Assembly: GCA_030141605.1 (NCBI GenBank)
Contig: JAQGDQ010000017.1
Location: 248,001-312,000 of the forward strand
DNA: 64,000 nt
Direction of reading: 5' to 3'
Source of the DNA: Tubiluchus corallicola
Lineage: Eukaryota; Animalia; Priapulida
Part shown: piece after piece, positions 61,696 through 64,000 of the stretch
Position numbering within the stretch: the first letter of the stretch is position 1
Layout: each line of letters starts with the position of its first letter
Notes under the pieces: model-generated
What the model saw: the letters and a program-made list of their open reading frames with translations, nothing else
Told to the model about the DNA's origin: nothing
Database searches by the model: none
Translations under genes and position numbers: made by a program

Positions 61696-64000
61696 TGGGT
61701 TGCGATGATAACTTTGTTCTGTAGAATTGTAACAATTTGGTAGATGCAAACGGCTGCATTTACAATACTGAACGTACACCGTGTTTATACTCTGTTTGTG
61801 TCAGTTCAATACTGATGATATTATTTTTATATGAAATGTGTCTGTCTTTATTTCGCTATGTGAGTTTGCTGTTCGCAAAGAGTTTGTCTAGAAACAGCCT
61901 TTTAATTTTGTACTTCGTTTCTGGTAACATAATTTTCAGCTAAATTAAAAAATCTAGATTCTTGTAAATACTTTTAAATAGCTATTTATACTGTACTTAA
62001 AATTGACCAGATTGCAGCCTATATATAAACTACAACTTTTGAATTCCATTGTAATTTTGTGGTGCTGATAGCCTGACATGCTAACGACTTTTGTAGCTGA
62101 ACTAAAATTAAAAAAATGACAAAAATTGTATGTTGTCATCTATCTTTTATCAGCTAGTTTTTTTCATGGGCAGAAAATTAGCGTTACATCTTCGTGATCT
62201 GTTGCACATCATTGGAATGTAAATTGAGTAGTGCTTGTAATAACACCCAGTTACACAACAGTAAATGTGCCATGACATTTCATTTTGTGGAATAAAAAAC
62301 TTGAAAATTTCGCGGGTAATTTTTGCTAGCAATACTGATTAACAATTTCACTTGTAAGTTGTTGGTGCCTCATTAAATTTGCAAATACTTAAACAGCTGA
62401 TGTATGGATAAAATGTGGCTAAATGCTTGTCATAGGCAAATTGATTTTCTAAAGATTTGAACAGTTTGATTTATGACAGTAACAGAGAAGCACAAATTTT
62501 TATTTTTTATCCTTATTTTTATGATAGCGACAGGTACAAAAACGAGTCGCTAAGGAGAATTTATAAACTTAAAATCTTAAACTGTTTGATAAATAGGCTC
62601 TGAAAATTCAAATAACTGAAAAAAGTGTAAATGCTAAAAATGAGTTTCCATTGCTGTTCAGACTGCCTCTCAGTTGTCTGTCACTCGAGACAGCTCTGCA
62701 ATGCATGATTCGCTGTTATTGCATTGCAAGCAGTTTCTATGTACTTACAATGAAGTCGTGTTTCCACTGTTTTGTCACTCGCCGTAGTTCTTCAGCTGTG
62801 ATTTGCTGAACAAAAACAGTTGAGTCAGTTTTTTTTAATTAATAAGTCGTAGCTATTAACTTCTTGCGTTTGATTTGGAAAGTGTTCCGTTATTTTTTTG
62901 TTGAATGGATAATAGTCACTTTAGGTGTTTATTGTGAGCACCATTTTCTTTTTTTATTTCATATTTCAAAGTAATAATTACACGAATGGTAATGTAATGG
63001 CGTACGTATACATTTCAGTTTTTATAAAAGATAATGTACATTATGTCGTGCACCTTTTGCAAAAGTGTGCAGCTTGTTTCGCTTGTTGTTGTAAAGTTGA
63101 AAAATAGGGTGTAATTCTCTCCCTGGAAAATTCATTATCATTCCTTTTTTGGTTACTTATAAGTTTACTAGTTTATAAGATGTTTGCAGTTACTGCAAAT
63201 CTCTTTAGTTGATGTACTGTCAGTTTACTTTGAAGCAAGTTTATTCAGTTGAATTGTTGTAAGGAGTTACAGAAACTGCGACTTTGTCTAGTTTAATTAT
63301 TGCTGCAATTACGTTTGCAGTCACTGTAAGATTCTTTGTTTGAATTGTTGTACAATATTTGCAGTTGTGAAACTTGCAAGATGCAAAGACTGCATCAATT
63401 GTTTTCTGCATCATAATAAAAAGTGAAATTTAAAACATGTTAGGCATTCACCCAATTTCTGACTCCACGGTTCTAATAATTAATAGGTTAGGCCTACAAA
63501 CCAGTCTATTGTTAAGCGCATTATCTTTGTGATCAGCAATAAAGTTAGTTTTAATGAACTGCCACTGGATGGCGCCAAAAACAATTCTTATGCATCAATG
63601 CTAAAACTAGAAAAAACTCGCAAGTGTATGTTAAGCTACTCATAACCTAAACTTAAAAACAGTACATTCTATATTAATTATATTGTTGTTCTGTAATTTT
63701 AATAAATTGATTGTGGAGCGATGCTGACTTCATGAATGTACAGAAGACCTTTTTTGTTACTTTTGAGGTTTCTGTACCTTGGTTAACTGCATGAATTGTT
63801 GACCTTGTTATCTAAAATATGTGTGTAAATATAACACCTTTGCATATTTGTAAGACATTGTTTTAGCATTGTTCTATTTTGCTTTGTTAAAGGGGGGAGA
63901 AAGGGCAATTTTAAAAGTGTGTCCCAAAAACTTTCCACACAAAGTTATATTATTAGCATTATGCTTTCTTGCTTGAAAGACTTATATGACTTAGAAAAAA

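Noticed and set aside
1-64000. CRISPR arrays or prokaryotic defence/operon systems
   Set aside because: Sequence is eukaryotic with spliceosomal introns; no repeat-spacer arrays seen

Overview
AT-rich eukaryotic genomic DNA from an invertebrate animal (spliceosomal GT-AG introns, SINEs/MITEs, microsatellites); the species cannot be identified from sequence alone. Five protein-coding genes can be reconstructed: CDC25 (minus, single-exon CDS, 639 aa), APEH acylaminoacyl-peptidase (plus, 17 coding exons at 12112-32915, about 792 aa, all phases consistent), COA8/APOPT1 (minus, single-exon CDS nested antisense inside APEH intron 4), SUOX sulfite oxidase (minus, single-exon CDS, 565 aa) and WDR82 (plus, 9 coding exons at 52483-60735, 314 aa). 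Introns and intergenic DNA hold pogo/Tigger-, hAT-, piggyBac- and Harbinger-like MITEs, tRNA- and 5S-derived SINE pieces, and LINE/Penelope relics. Most notable observations: (1) a roughly 0.9 kb copy of APEH exon 6 plus downstream intron re-inserted 25 kb away upstream of WDR82, with splice sites intact but a 7-nt frameshift; (2) the intronless COA8 nested in APEH; (3) three intronless CDSs interleaved with two intron-rich genes; (4) an inverted MITE pair bracketing APEH exons 2-3; (5) a roughly 77-aa acidic insertion in APEH. I see no clear evidence of a wholly new biological system; the findings concern genome architecture and RNA processing and need testing.
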